A stretch of 64,000 nucleotides of DNA, taken from the NCBI GenBank assembly GCA_964106645.2, contig OZ067038.1. The stretch is one strand, 5' to 3'. The DNA comes from Podarcis pityusensis. Taxonomy: Eukaryota. Under the pieces are notes generated by a model. That model was given only the letters and a program-made list of their open reading frames with translations. It searched no databases and was not told where the DNA came from. Shown piece by piece: positions 12,797-24,861 of the stretch. Position 1 is the first letter of the stretch. Each line of letters begins with the position of its first letter. The translations under genes and the position numbers were made by a program.

Positions 12797-15700
12797 TATG
12801 TGATATACCAATGACACAATATTTGCTGGATCTGTGACCACTGGTTATCAAAATATGGTTAAAATAACTTAGCTATTGGCTGGACGTGGCACTTTTCACG
12901 CCGTACTTAAAGATTAAGCTCTTGTCTTGAAAGCTGAAACATTAGCACTTTAAATCACTTGCACCATCACCTCCTCATATGTAGGTCCTAATGAGAATAT
13001 GAAGCTACAATACTTAAAGAAACAACTAGGTTCCTAAAACATGTCAATGGTCTAGGAATGAGCAATCCAGCTGCCATTAGACATATGATGCATGAGGCAG
13101 TGATGACAGGTAGGGAGCAGTTCTGCAGTTTCAAGGCTACTACACACAGACAAATGTCCTCTTTATAATGAGGCAATCTGCATTAGCAACTGATCCACAG
13201 ATACATTTCTGGTATGAGGGAATGCAAAAATGCTGCCTGACACAAGCACCAAAAATCTACAGCTGGAAACATGTGAATGATTCATCCAGTACATTCGTCT
13301 GCGCAATCTGTATCTCTCGGAACAACTGGTAAGGTTATGTTTAGGACTGAATGTGGTCTCTGCCTGTATGAACAAACCTCATTCATGATGGGGTAACTGC
13401 TACAGAGATAGCTCTGTGTGTGAGTGAGCGATTCTATAGGAAAAGAGTTGCAATCCTACATGGTTTCCTCTATGTAACGTAACATTCTAAATACTGGAAA
13501 ACACTCTTAAAAGCCAAAGTCTGACGTGTGACACAAGGACATTAGAAGTTTTGAAAAAAAGGTGGCAACCAATCTTTTACACAAGTGTCTCAGTAATGTG
13601 CACATCAAAGAGGAATTCCTGCATAGCATATGCAGGTAAAATAACATGTTGAATAATTCAGTACTTAAAACACTGAATAAGATCATTTACTGATTCAAGT
13701 ACTAAATCCAAAGCTTTCTGTCTCCCAATCAATTGTCAGCAAGTCCATGCACAGCCAACATCCATATTGAAAATATAATTATAAGCCTGGCGTACTGTAT
13801 ACAACAACATCCTTTTGTAACGGATTACTTAAATACAAATAGGTTTGGAAAATTGGTTTTAAATGTCTAATCTGTTTTATCTTACACCCCAGCTGCAGAA
13901 TTTACTAACATTACAAATGCAAGCTGAATGAATACATATAAAAGCTTATTTGAATGCAACTTGCATATGACCAGCATGGTTTTCTCACTACTACTAAGTG
14001 GGGTGAAAGTTTGGCGCATACATTACAATATGGCTCATCACTGATATACACAAAAGCCAGCTCCCATGGTTCTGTCACATTGTCTGTCTATGTGTGCCTG
14101 CATGTGTTTCTGATATTCAATGGGACCACAGCACATGGGAAATGGGAGTTTAATCCTTCTCTTTCAAGCTGCAATCTCCACAAAGATCTCACCACAGCAC
14201 AGTAATTACCTTAGGGGAAAAGTTCTTATTGGCAGCAATAGGATGTTTTTGACTCTAAGAGTAATTTCTATGGTAGGGAGTGATCATATTGGGTCATGGC
14301 CACAGAGAGGAATGACAAAACTACCCCTCCTCATGTGTTATGAACCCAATAAAAAAATAGACTGCTCACACTCCGAATTATTTTAAAGAGTCTTCTAATG
14401 ATGTTGATGCATGCTACTGTACATATTTAACATATCATGTAGATAGGCCCTAGGCTGTATCTAAGCTGCAGTGCTATCCTTCCTGAGCATGTCAGCTGAC
14501 TTCTAGTTAATCCCTATCCATCAGATCTTATAAAGCCTGGCCACAGAGTTTGCTCCACAGCCTGAGAGACTTGTCTTAGGGTCAACCTAAGTATCTCTTC
14601 CCAAACTTTGATTGTTGCTCTGGAACTTGACCTCATCTTGATTTAGATCACATTCCTGCTTCTGACATATGCAAACTATCAACCAGCTTCTCCCATTGTC
14701 CCTGGATTCCTCCTGCAATATGCCTCAACAACGTTGTGGGAATGCACTTCCATTCATGCAATTATTATTTTTAATTTCCTTTAGTAAACATTATTTAATT
14801 AAATTATTCTACCCTCAGTAAATTTATAGGAATCATTACACTCAAGTGTGTAAGGGCCATGAGACAAATTCTTAATTTTGTTTGCAGTTGAGCTAAGGTC
14901 ACACTTAAACACACTGTCTCAAACTTTTGACTCTCCTGTGCCCAATACCTGCTTCTTCAAAATTCCCTTGTACTTTTAACCTTCCTGTGAACTTTTGATC
15001 CCCTCTAAAGGAAAATCAGTCATTATACTTATTGCATCACACCCTCTAACATCAGGGAAAGAATTCTAGAAGAATCATGAATGACAAAACTTTGTTTCCC
15101 ATCTCCTTCTTCTCCTGTGATATCGTGTGGAATATATTACTTTCTGGAATGACCTGAGTAAACTTGTAATAACTATATTTGTTAAGCAATTCCAGCATGA
15201 CCGGGTTTTTAAAAACAAACAAACTCTTGCTCTTATCTTCTGCATTGTGTGTTCTGCATTCTATAATATGGGTGACCACAAGTTGTATTCTACTTTTTTA
15301 TTGGTTTAATCTGTTCCAACTAGAAGAATATGGAATACATGAAGTCAATGTGTGGGATAGGGGTGCTAGGCTTGATGACCTTGAGCATGGCTTTGAAGGC
15401 CTTACTATTCTATAATTGTGTTGCCCACAAGAAACTTATTTTTCCATTGTCAGCATTAGCAGAAACTGCCGTTATCTGCAGGCCATCTATTCCCACGGTG
15501 AACAGTAATAGAAATAAGGAATCACACAGTGTTACAGAATTACTTGAAAGTGTAACTTTGCCTGACCTCCTTCCAGCTTTTTTAAAAACAAAAAACAAAG
15601 CCATGTATAGTATTTTATGACCCTTTTTGTGATAAGATTTCATTATTCACCTGATAGCATCTAAACTGCTCAGATTACAGCATCTCCCAGCAATTGCAAT

Positions 15701-17296
15701 TGTAACTAGATACTTTCAGGAATGTTGATCAGGGAAAGAAATGCTTAAGGGCTATGCAATAGTACTGGGAACAGTGTTGAAGACATTGCCTGAGAAGAGC
15801 CAGGGTGGTGTAGAATAGAAGACATGCCAGTCACTCACCCTCTCGTCTTATTTTTTCTCAGTCTAATGTACCGCATATGTTTGTTGTGAGCAAACCTAAA
15901 ACCTAAACCTTAAAAAAGGGAAGAATTCAACATAGCACTGAACAGATTGTGCCTTCAAGGCAAACATTTCTACTTGCCTGATGAAATGATCTCTCCCTTT
16001 CCCCTCCTGTGCACTGTTCTGGGGGTTATCCCAACCCCTGAACAAATTTGGGGGCTGTGCAGGATGTATGGGGAGAAGAAAGTGGGGGATACCCTCAAGA
16101 TAATAGAGGTCAGTGTACAGGCTTCCAGTAGCAAGACTGGTTAGCTGAATCTGCCTAATAAGGTGGAAATATACATATTCTACCTACCAGGGAATTGCAT
16201 AAATCAAGCACAGATTTCTCCTTGGACCTTATTAGGATCAACCAGCTGACCTGTTTGACTATAGGGCCACTGGAATAGACACCTGGAATATTTTCAAAGG
16301 ATTCTATTGTGCAACTGAAGCTACCATACCACATGATCCAGTGTCAGTGGATTGGATTCAAAGTGGCATTAGCAGAATTGTGAGACTGCAGCAGTTCCAA
16401 AAAATGTTCATGCAGGTACCTCTCTCCAATTTTGACCAATTTTCCTTTCCACTATAGCTCCACACTAATTCTTAAGCATTTTGTGAGGTTTCCTCAATCC
16501 TCAGGAAAGGCTTTCTCTCATCCCATCTTGATGCAAGGACATCCAGTGTCATAACCTTCTCATTTTCAAAAAAATACATTTAGAACCCCTTCTCTTGTGT
16601 TCATCTTGCTACATTAAAGCAGCAGTACAGGAAGATGAAGATTCAAATGCAGAAAGGTAGAGTTCATGTGCAACTTCTACTTTGTCCATGGAAGAGGAAT
16701 ATAATATGAAATTACATCTCCATTTTGAAACTCCAGAGTCTCAAACTATCCTGAGGGGTCACAATGATTTATTTGGCATGTTTTATTCACTGCACTGACT
16801 GACAAGCCTTCTTGATTGTGGGAGGGTACCAGTCCATTGTTTATAACTGCTGCTTTGCTTGCTAAGCATACTAAGAAATGATGTTCAGATATGTCATCAA
16901 TCAAATATATATCATTGGGTAGGTCAGACGTGGGGATGATTGTGATTGTAATAATTTTCCTGATTAGTAAGTACTTCTGTTCCAATTTTGAATGTCCCAC
17001 TTACATTGCTTTACCTGTTGTTATATGGAACTGTGGCTTTTTAGCTGATATACTGCCATTTCATGCTGAATTTTATATGGTGGGAAAGAAAAGTATGCTG
17101 GGCATGAAAACTATGGGAAAATCACAATTGCCCACGTTCTTTTGCTAGCCTTAGAGGAAAGTCCCACTCCAAATACTGTGGGATTTTCAGGAAAACTAGT
17201 CACCCAGGAAGGTTGCAAAGTACAGAAACATTATTATTATTTTATTGAAATAAAGGACACTCACAACCAGCCCTTGGCTACCTTGAAAGTAAGATA

Positions 17297-17334
<38 letters not shown>

Positions 17335-17798
17335 GAAATCTTTGCACCCACCAATGAGAATTTCATTGAAATTTCCTCTCCCTTTTGATAATCCTCATAT
17401 GCAATTTATTTTCTCATCAACTGATAGGAAATGGAAAGAAAAAAAATACAGGGTACTGTATTGGCATACCTAATAATGATAAAACATGTTGAATGGAAAC
17501 TTGCTGTCCACTTATCTGATCATCCTTAATTTTCATTTGAAATTAGTTTGCCCTCAAGATATACTTTGTGGGTATCTGAATAAATAACAACCCAATATAA
17601 TTTGCATCATGCACAGATGATAACTAGGGAGAGGACTTCGTTGGTTGTGATGGCCTACATTTGAACCACCTTCCCAGGTGCCTCCTCATAATGTATTTTT
17701 TGTACCAGATTAAAACCATTTTACTTCCCATGGCCTTTTAATTTTATCTGAGTTTTGTGGGGTTTTTAGGTTAACAACCACACTGTTGCTTTTTTTTT

Positions 17799-18497
17799 TA
17801 GTCGGCCAATCGGTGTTAAAAAAGGATAGAACTTTCTTTATGTACGCAACAACAGCAGCAAGAATACTCATCGCAAAGTACTGGAAGACACAAGAGCTAC
17901 CCACACTGGAGGAATGGCAGATGAAACTGATGGACTATATGGAACTGGCGGAAATGACTGGTAGAATCCGGGACCAGGGAGAAGAGTCGGTGGAAGAAGA
18001 TTGGAAGAAATTTAAAGATTATCTACAGAAACATTGCAAAATCAAAGAATGTTAGAGTGATGATGGATTGAAATTAAGTGGTTTCTAGCTGCACAGGCGT
18101 TAAAGTTATATATAGACTAAGATTAAGGATTAGGCATAAAAAGGTTAAAAGAACGGAAAATTGGCTATTAATAGATAATAATTTAATGTTATACCATATT
18201 AAGATTAAGGATTGGGATTAAAAAAGAGGGAAAGAAATTGCTGGACAAACAAATTGAACTGGAATACAAAAGAGGGAGGTACGAGGAGGTCCAGAAAATA
18301 AGTAAATTCAAAAGTGGTGATGAAAAGGTGATATTGTTTTTAACTGTATTTTCTTTTGTTTTTGTTTTTTTGTATTTTGTATTGTGAATTTTTGTATTGT
18401 GTATTTTTCTTTTTACTTTTAATTCTATTTTACTGATGTGTTCTGTTTTTATTGGAAACTTTAATAAATATCATTTTTAAAAAAAGAAAAAAAGAAA
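17799..18497 (+). mobile_element. L1-clade LINE 3' end (about 84 codons of ORF2, 3'UTR, A-rich tail)
   Basis: Nearly identical protein to the ORF2 end of the 52390-53488 copy; AATAAA followed by an A-rich tail; no clear TSD. Confidence 0.88.
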
Positions 18498-18964
18498 ACA
18501 TCCTAAAAGGCCACAGATAAAGGCCAAAGGCCTGGTTAAAGAGGAAAGTTTTTGACTGGCACCTAAATATATACAAGGATGGTGAACATATCAACTCTGG
18601 AATAAATGAATAAAATAGGGTGAGCGCCAATGGCCCTGCATCCCCTCTGCATACAGATTTTGGAGGACAGGGCAGAGGAAAACCAAACATCCCATTGCAC
18701 AAGCAGATTTACATCTCTGTATGTAACCCATAATACAGAAAGAGTTGACTTAGCCCACAGTCATCAGTTAACATTAATTAATCCCAATGGAACTCATGCT
18801 GATTCATCTTTCATGTTATTATGAGTTAAATTAAAAGATGAACTCATTCTTGGGAGAGAGATAGCTTGACAAACTACATTTCAATTGTCAGCCCTATGAG
18901 GATAGTGTTGGGTGAAACTATAGCAATACTTAGCATCAATTTCTTGAGTGTTTCATATACCTCC

Positions 18965-19140
18965 AGGAATCCTTACAACAGCACTGTAATGTATGCTTGC
19001 ATTATTATGTCCACATTAAAGGTTGACACCTTAGAATACTGGTGGCTTGCATAAAGCCATTGAGGAAATTTATGCAAGATTTGTGATTTGAATGAGATGC
19101 ATTCCTGTCTACTACTCATATGCTGAACCACAATACCACA
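18965..19140 (-). mobile_element. MIR-like CORE SINE, decayed
   Basis: aatccttacaacagcactgtaatgtatg...attattatgtccacatt is the antisense CORE motif. Confidence 0.45.
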
Positions 19141-19750
19141 CAATCTCTTACCCTTATCTCACTAGAAATGGTAGGCTATATATATAATGAATGAATCAAA
19201 CTAAATAAGAACTTAGCATGGCTGGTCTACATATAGCAATAATTCACAAAATAATCCACATATTATTATTGCATACAATTACAAGAGCTGAAGGTGGTTC
19301 TTTTTTTCATGTGAACAAAGAATGGCCTGTGGAAATCACTAATACCCAACATCAAAAAATATGGATGAGGAACAGGAGTGTGAAGTGGAATGATGAAGGA
19401 TGCCACAACTGCTATTTCACCAAAAAACAATCCATGAGATTTACCAAACAATAAGTTACACATTGAGGCACGCTCTTTATTTACCATCTTGGTTTTTTGG
19501 AGATTTTGGGTCTATAATACCACATGAATTCTTTGATCCTTTCTTCATAGCCATAAAACTAGCAACAGCCTTTTTAAAGATTTCAGCAATTCCACACAAA
19601 CTCCCAACTGTATCCCTACTGAAGCTTGAAAAGATGCAATTGTTTCCAAACAACAGTACATCCTCAACAACTTTGGAGATGGAAAACATGCATTTGGGTT
19701 TAGAATGCTACATCTGTTTTCTGCAGGTTGTTGATTATACCATAGCATTA

Positions 19751-20047
<297 letters not shown>

Positions 20048-21042
20048 TTATACCCGAATGAGGGTCTGACATCTCACTGGAACTGGAAGAAAATATTCAG
20101 GATGTGTTATGAAAAACATATTAGCCCATGAGTCTTTAGGATGCCATATTTTGCCTGTCATGTTGACTTTGGATTCCCCAAAGGCCCAGCTCCGTGTAAG
20201 TGGCTGAGACTACCAACAATCACACAGCTTTAACTGGTGGGAAGAGATAATAATGCTAGGGCATAGGTAACTCGGATAATAAGAGCATGGTTCTTAAAGA
20301 GAGCAGCAATATTCACTGAGGCAAAACATTGTATTGAATCCACAGTAACAGAATGCTGTTATAAATAAAGTCACACAAGGCAATGCTTAATTGTAATCAA
20401 GACACATCAAGTTCTAGAACTAATCTTAAAGGGCAGGTTTCAGCTTTAGAGCAAGTGAACTGCTCATACCAATAAAAGCTTCTCTAAGCATCTGCAGAAT
20501 GTCTTGTGGTTCCATGCTCTCTGAGGACCACATCTATATACATGTTTCAAATCTGCTTCAGTGTTCAAGGAACAGCCCTTCAGAAACAATGGGTGGTTGA
20601 GGGAATTTTATTTTGGTTCTAGGTATTACTTTCCTTTGCTTCCCATGGCTCAGTTTCTGCTGGGGAGGAAGGCAGGAGCTGGCCTAGAAATTTGCTAGTT
20701 TCAAGTGAGGGCTGCCCCCGATAAGAGAAGGGTGGAGGAGAGAGCAAGAGAGCCATAGTGTCATAGTGAGCCAAGGCATTCTGTCAGACAGAGAGAGTGT
20801 GAGTATGTGTGGGGAGAGAGAGAAAGGATGAAAAGAATGGGGAAGGGCGAGGAGGCAGAGGAGGGATGCTCTGATGTTCCCAAACCACAGCAGGGGCTAG
20901 TAGACAAAATGGGGGCAAAGAAATGAAACCAAGCATATAGCAAGGAAGCTAGAGAGAAACAGGAGTAGTACAAATATGATGTCCATGGGATAAGTTCCAA
21001 AAAAAGAAAAGAAAATTTGAAGTCAGGTACTCATGAAATATA

Positions 21043-21408
21043 CCGTATTTTTCGCTCTTTAACACGCACCAGACCATAACACGCACATAGTTTTTAGAGG
21101 AGGAAAACAAGAAAAAAAAATATTCTAAACCAAATAGTGGATATATGATTTTTGTGGTTCATGCTGTGGCCACAGACATGTGATCTGACAGTGAGTTTGG
21201 AGTAGCCCAATGCAAAAATCCTGAAGATCCATGCGGATCCATGCTTTGTAACCACGGAGGACGGAAGGAAGGGGAACCATGGATCCTCTGCTCATGATTG
21301 CAGCAGATCCCCCCTGCCACCCGCGGGCATTCGCTCCATAACACGCACAGACATTTCCCCTTACTTTCTAGGAGGAAAAAAGTGAGTGTTATGGTGCAAA
21401 AAATACGG
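21043..21408. mobile_element. pogo/Tigger-like (Tc1/mariner superfamily) MITE
   Basis: TA|CCGTATTTTT...AAAAATACGG|TA TIRs with TA duplication; subterminal repeats of (cca)taacacgcac. Confidence 0.85.
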
Positions 21409-21412
21409 TAAG

Positions 21413-21531
21413 TATCTGATAGCTCAGCAGGTACAGCAAGAGACTTTTAATCTCAGGGTCATGAGCTTCAGCTGCATGTCAGACAAAAGATTCCTGAATG
21501 GTCCCTTCCAATGCTACAATTCTATGATTCT
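21413..21531 (+). mobile_element. tRNA-Lys-derived SINE with CR1-like tail, decayed
   Basis: Head gatagctcagcaggtacagcaagagacttttaatctcagggtc resembles tRNA-Lys; tail ggtcccttccaatgctacaattctatgattcta is CR1-type. Confidence 0.65.
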
Positions 21532-22096
21532 AAGTATTCATAGAAAATGAATATGCTGGGCAAAAATGATTTGCTAAGGAAATAAAAGGACAGAGGTACT
21601 AAAATTTCTCTCTGAAAAGGTAGGTGCTTCATGTTTGGTGGATGGAAGGGTACATGAGAATGCTAGGCTCTTGACATTGTGAATTAATGGGTGATGGATT
21701 GTTGCCCTGATTAAATTAGGATGCAGGAGATGTGCAGGGATAGGACACAAAAGGATTAATCCTGATTATCCCACATCTTTCTCCAGACAAGATGAAGACT
21801 GTGAGACCAGATCAAAGCTCTTTGGCAACAATAGACCTCAGCACTAGCTATAACTTTTCCATCCCTGCCCCCCACCCCCCACCCCAGAAAAACACCTGGC
21901 AGCAGGGTTTACAGAGCAGATGGCATTATTTACAGGTAAGATCGAGTCCCAGAACTGCTCTATCACTGCACACAGAATCCTACAAAGAAATGCATTCTCC
22001 AGACACAGAGGGGGATGGACTGTAAAGACACACAAGGCCTTTGACGGAAGATCCAGGAAGAGAGTTCTGCTACTCATCTGCACTCCCTCTACCACC

Positions 22097-22140
22097 TTCT
22101 TCTTCTTCTTCTTCTTCTTCTTCTTCTTCCTCCTCCTCCT
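22097..22140. repeat. (TTC)n-(CTC)n microsatellite
   Basis: Directly visible; source of the poly-K/R/F/S ORFs. Confidence 0.95.
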
Positions 22141-22729
22141 TTTTCTTCTCACATTTTAGCCCTCCTCCCTCTCATCTCTTCCCATCCATCTTACTTCTGT
22201 CTATGCAATCATTTACCAATCTGATATGTATGCACTCTATGTGTTACAGAGTTAAAGGACCTGTTGGAATAGCTCTAATTAATAATGCTATTTTAACATG
22301 TTGAATTTGCATATTAATAATGTGTAACCTTTTGCCCAGCATTCATTCCCAGACTTGCTGCATTGCAGTTGTCCTCTATTTTGAAATATCACTCATTGTT
22401 CACTCTAGCCTGGGATGAGGTTTACTGCTAGTACTCTCCCAGGGGAATACACTGATTGTGCACAGAGATGCTTATGGAGCTGGCACCTCTCAGAGGAGAG
22501 GCAGGCAATACAAGGATCCTGGAATCTTCTCCAGCTCAGATTAAAATTCAAGGCAAAGAGTATCACTCAATTTCCCAGCCTTTTCAGCTCTCCCCAAAGC
22601 CACTTCTTTCTTCCTTTTGAGCGAGGCTTACTAGGCTGATATAGAGCCAGAGTTGGCTATAGAAAAGAAGGAAGAAAAGAAATCTCATCTGTCCCTCCTT
22701 ACCTAGCATGGTAAAGAAAAAGTGATTTA

Positions 22730-22986
22730 CAGTGGTACCTCGGGTTAAGTACTTAATTCGTTCCGGAGGTCCGTTCTTGACCTGAAACTGTTCTTAACCT
22801 GGAGACCACTTTAGCTAATGGGGCCTCCTGCTGCTGCTGCGCTGCCAGAGCACGATTTCTGTTCTCATCCTCAAGCAAAGTTCTTAACCCGAGGTACTAT
22901 TTCTGGGTTAGCGGAGTCTGTAACCGGAAGCGTCTGTAACCTGAAGCGTCTGTAACCTGAAGTGTTTGTAACCCGAGGTACCACTG
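22730..22986 (-). mobile_element. Tc1/mariner-type MITE, copy 4
   Basis: Same TIRs and TA flanks, in the opposite orientation to copies 1-3; four 16-bp subterminal units. Confidence 0.92.
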
Positions 22987-23287
22987 TATATGTGTTGAAT
23001 GTACGATATAACATTGTGCCACCTGATGGCAATGTAGAGTCCTGTTTTTCTCTACCTGTTTTCCCTGTTTAAATTTGCAATGCTTTAAACTGAAATGCTT
23101 CTTTACGTGTCTAGATCCAGCCATGGTCACAGGCCAGAAAATGAGGCTCCTGTAATTCAAGGGCTATTGCTAATCTGAGCAAATCTAATGTAAGTGCACA
23201 GGATGAAGGAAGAGAGGGAGATGGTGGTTGGCCAGTGAGTATATGATTGGAGCTGCTTCTCTGCTAAAACACAGCAACATTCTAAGC

Positions 23288-23608
23288 CAGGGATCAGCAA
23301 CCTTTTTCAGCAGGGGGCCGGTCCACCATCCCTCAGACCTTGTGGGGGCCAGACTATATTTTGAAAAAAGAAAATGAACGAATTCCTATGCCCCACAAAT
23401 AACCCAGAGATGCATTTTAAATAAAAGCACACATTCTCCTCATGTAAAAACACCAGTCAGGCCCCACAAATAACCCAGAGATGCACTTTAAATAAATGGA
23501 CACATTCTATTCATGTAAAAACACGCTGATTCCCAGACCATCCACGGGCCAGATTGAGAAGGCGATTGGGCCGAATCCGGCCCATGAGCCTTAGTTTGCC
23601 TACCCATG
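23288..23608. mobile_element. hAT (Charlie-like) non-autonomous element with an internal ~70-bp tandem duplication
   Basis: Ends CAGGGATCAGCAA...TTGCCTACCCATG; degenerate 8-bp TSD TTCTAAGC/CTCTAAAC; the block gccccacaaataacccagagatgca...catgtaaaaacac occurs twice. Confidence 0.75.
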
Positions 23609-24063
23609 CTCTAAACTCGCCATTCTTCTGCTCCCAGCTAGCCACACACAGCACAAGGCCTCATCTTTAAAGCAAATATTACAGGTCTGGCAGAACGACA
23701 TCAATTTCACCTGACCAAATACCAAGCAAAGACTATGAGCTTGTTTCAGCCATGGCAAGTGAGGATGCAACTTTAGCTACTGGCACCTCAGTGCAGACAT
23801 TTTTGTCAGTGTGTCCTTGACACTCCCACTTGGCCCTGACAGATGTCAGTCACATGGTGATTTCCTTACTCTCTTTTGAAATCAGACTACTTTCTGTCAT
23901 CTACATTCTAAGGGGGAGGGGGAATATGACCACACATTCAGAACATAATATTCTAAAATTTCATCATATACTATCCATATGTAATGGAAGACTACTGAAG
24001 CAGTATTGTTTGCTATTTTTGAGCAGTACTGTTTCATTGTCTCAGGCTGCAATCCCAAATACA

Positions 24064-24861
24064 CTTTGTGGTTTGAGGACCCGATCCCCGCTTTGTGGAA
24101 TGAAGACACACAGACACAGAGTATAAGGTTAATGGGCAAGAAAAGACCACAACTTTATTGATTACAGCAAGTGAGAAGGTATTGGCTTAGGCATTGGACC
24201 ACAACAGATTGACTCCACCTACTCGGAGAGGGGTGAGCCCAAAGGGGGTTTATTCACCAGAAGGTGGAGCCTGTTGATGCTAATACAACTATAAGCTCTC
24301 CCCTGATGTCACCGAGGGTCGTGCCATGGGCCCCCGCCACACAGGCATCGGACAGGATCCACGACCGCCGTATTCCTTTAACGGAATACCCAAATTTGAA
24401 GGGGTAGGTGATGGCCACACCTAGCCCTTCCACACACCATCGACACATTCCAATGCCTAACCTAACCGCCAATACCAATAAAGTTGTGACGATTGCTACG
24501 AGGTAGGCGAAAAAACCAAAAGGCCTAATGCCAATTGGAAAAATTCCTACCAGGCCCCCTGGGCAACCTGGGCGACCAACCTAAGGTCCATAGCAAGGTC
24601 AAGAGAAAAACTAAGCCCTAAGCTCTAAGGGAGTGGAGGATGGGTGACTCGCGACGAGAAGGTGGAAAATGAGGCGGAATGGCTGGCACAGCAGTAAGTT
24701 AAACTGCAAACCACGCCCCCTCCAAGCCGCCTGGTTGGGCGCTTACCTGTGGGCGTGGTGCGCCAGCCAGGTGAGTGGGGCAGGGGGCGTAACGCCCCCT
24801 GTGTGATGCAGAAATCGCGTCCTGCCCACAACACCTCCCCTCTTGGATGAGGAGAGGCTTT
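24064..24861 (-). mobile_element. About 800-bp non-coding element, probably a non-autonomous DIRS/Ngaro-type retroelement
   Basis: GC/CpG-rich block interrupting an older short repeat (gctgcaatcccaaatacactt|...|ctagtaagcc...ttacttct). Only CTTT is shared at both junctions; no TG..CA LTR ends, no TIR, no poly(A) tail; homologs at 9.0, 10.5 and 39 kb. Confidence 0.65.
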
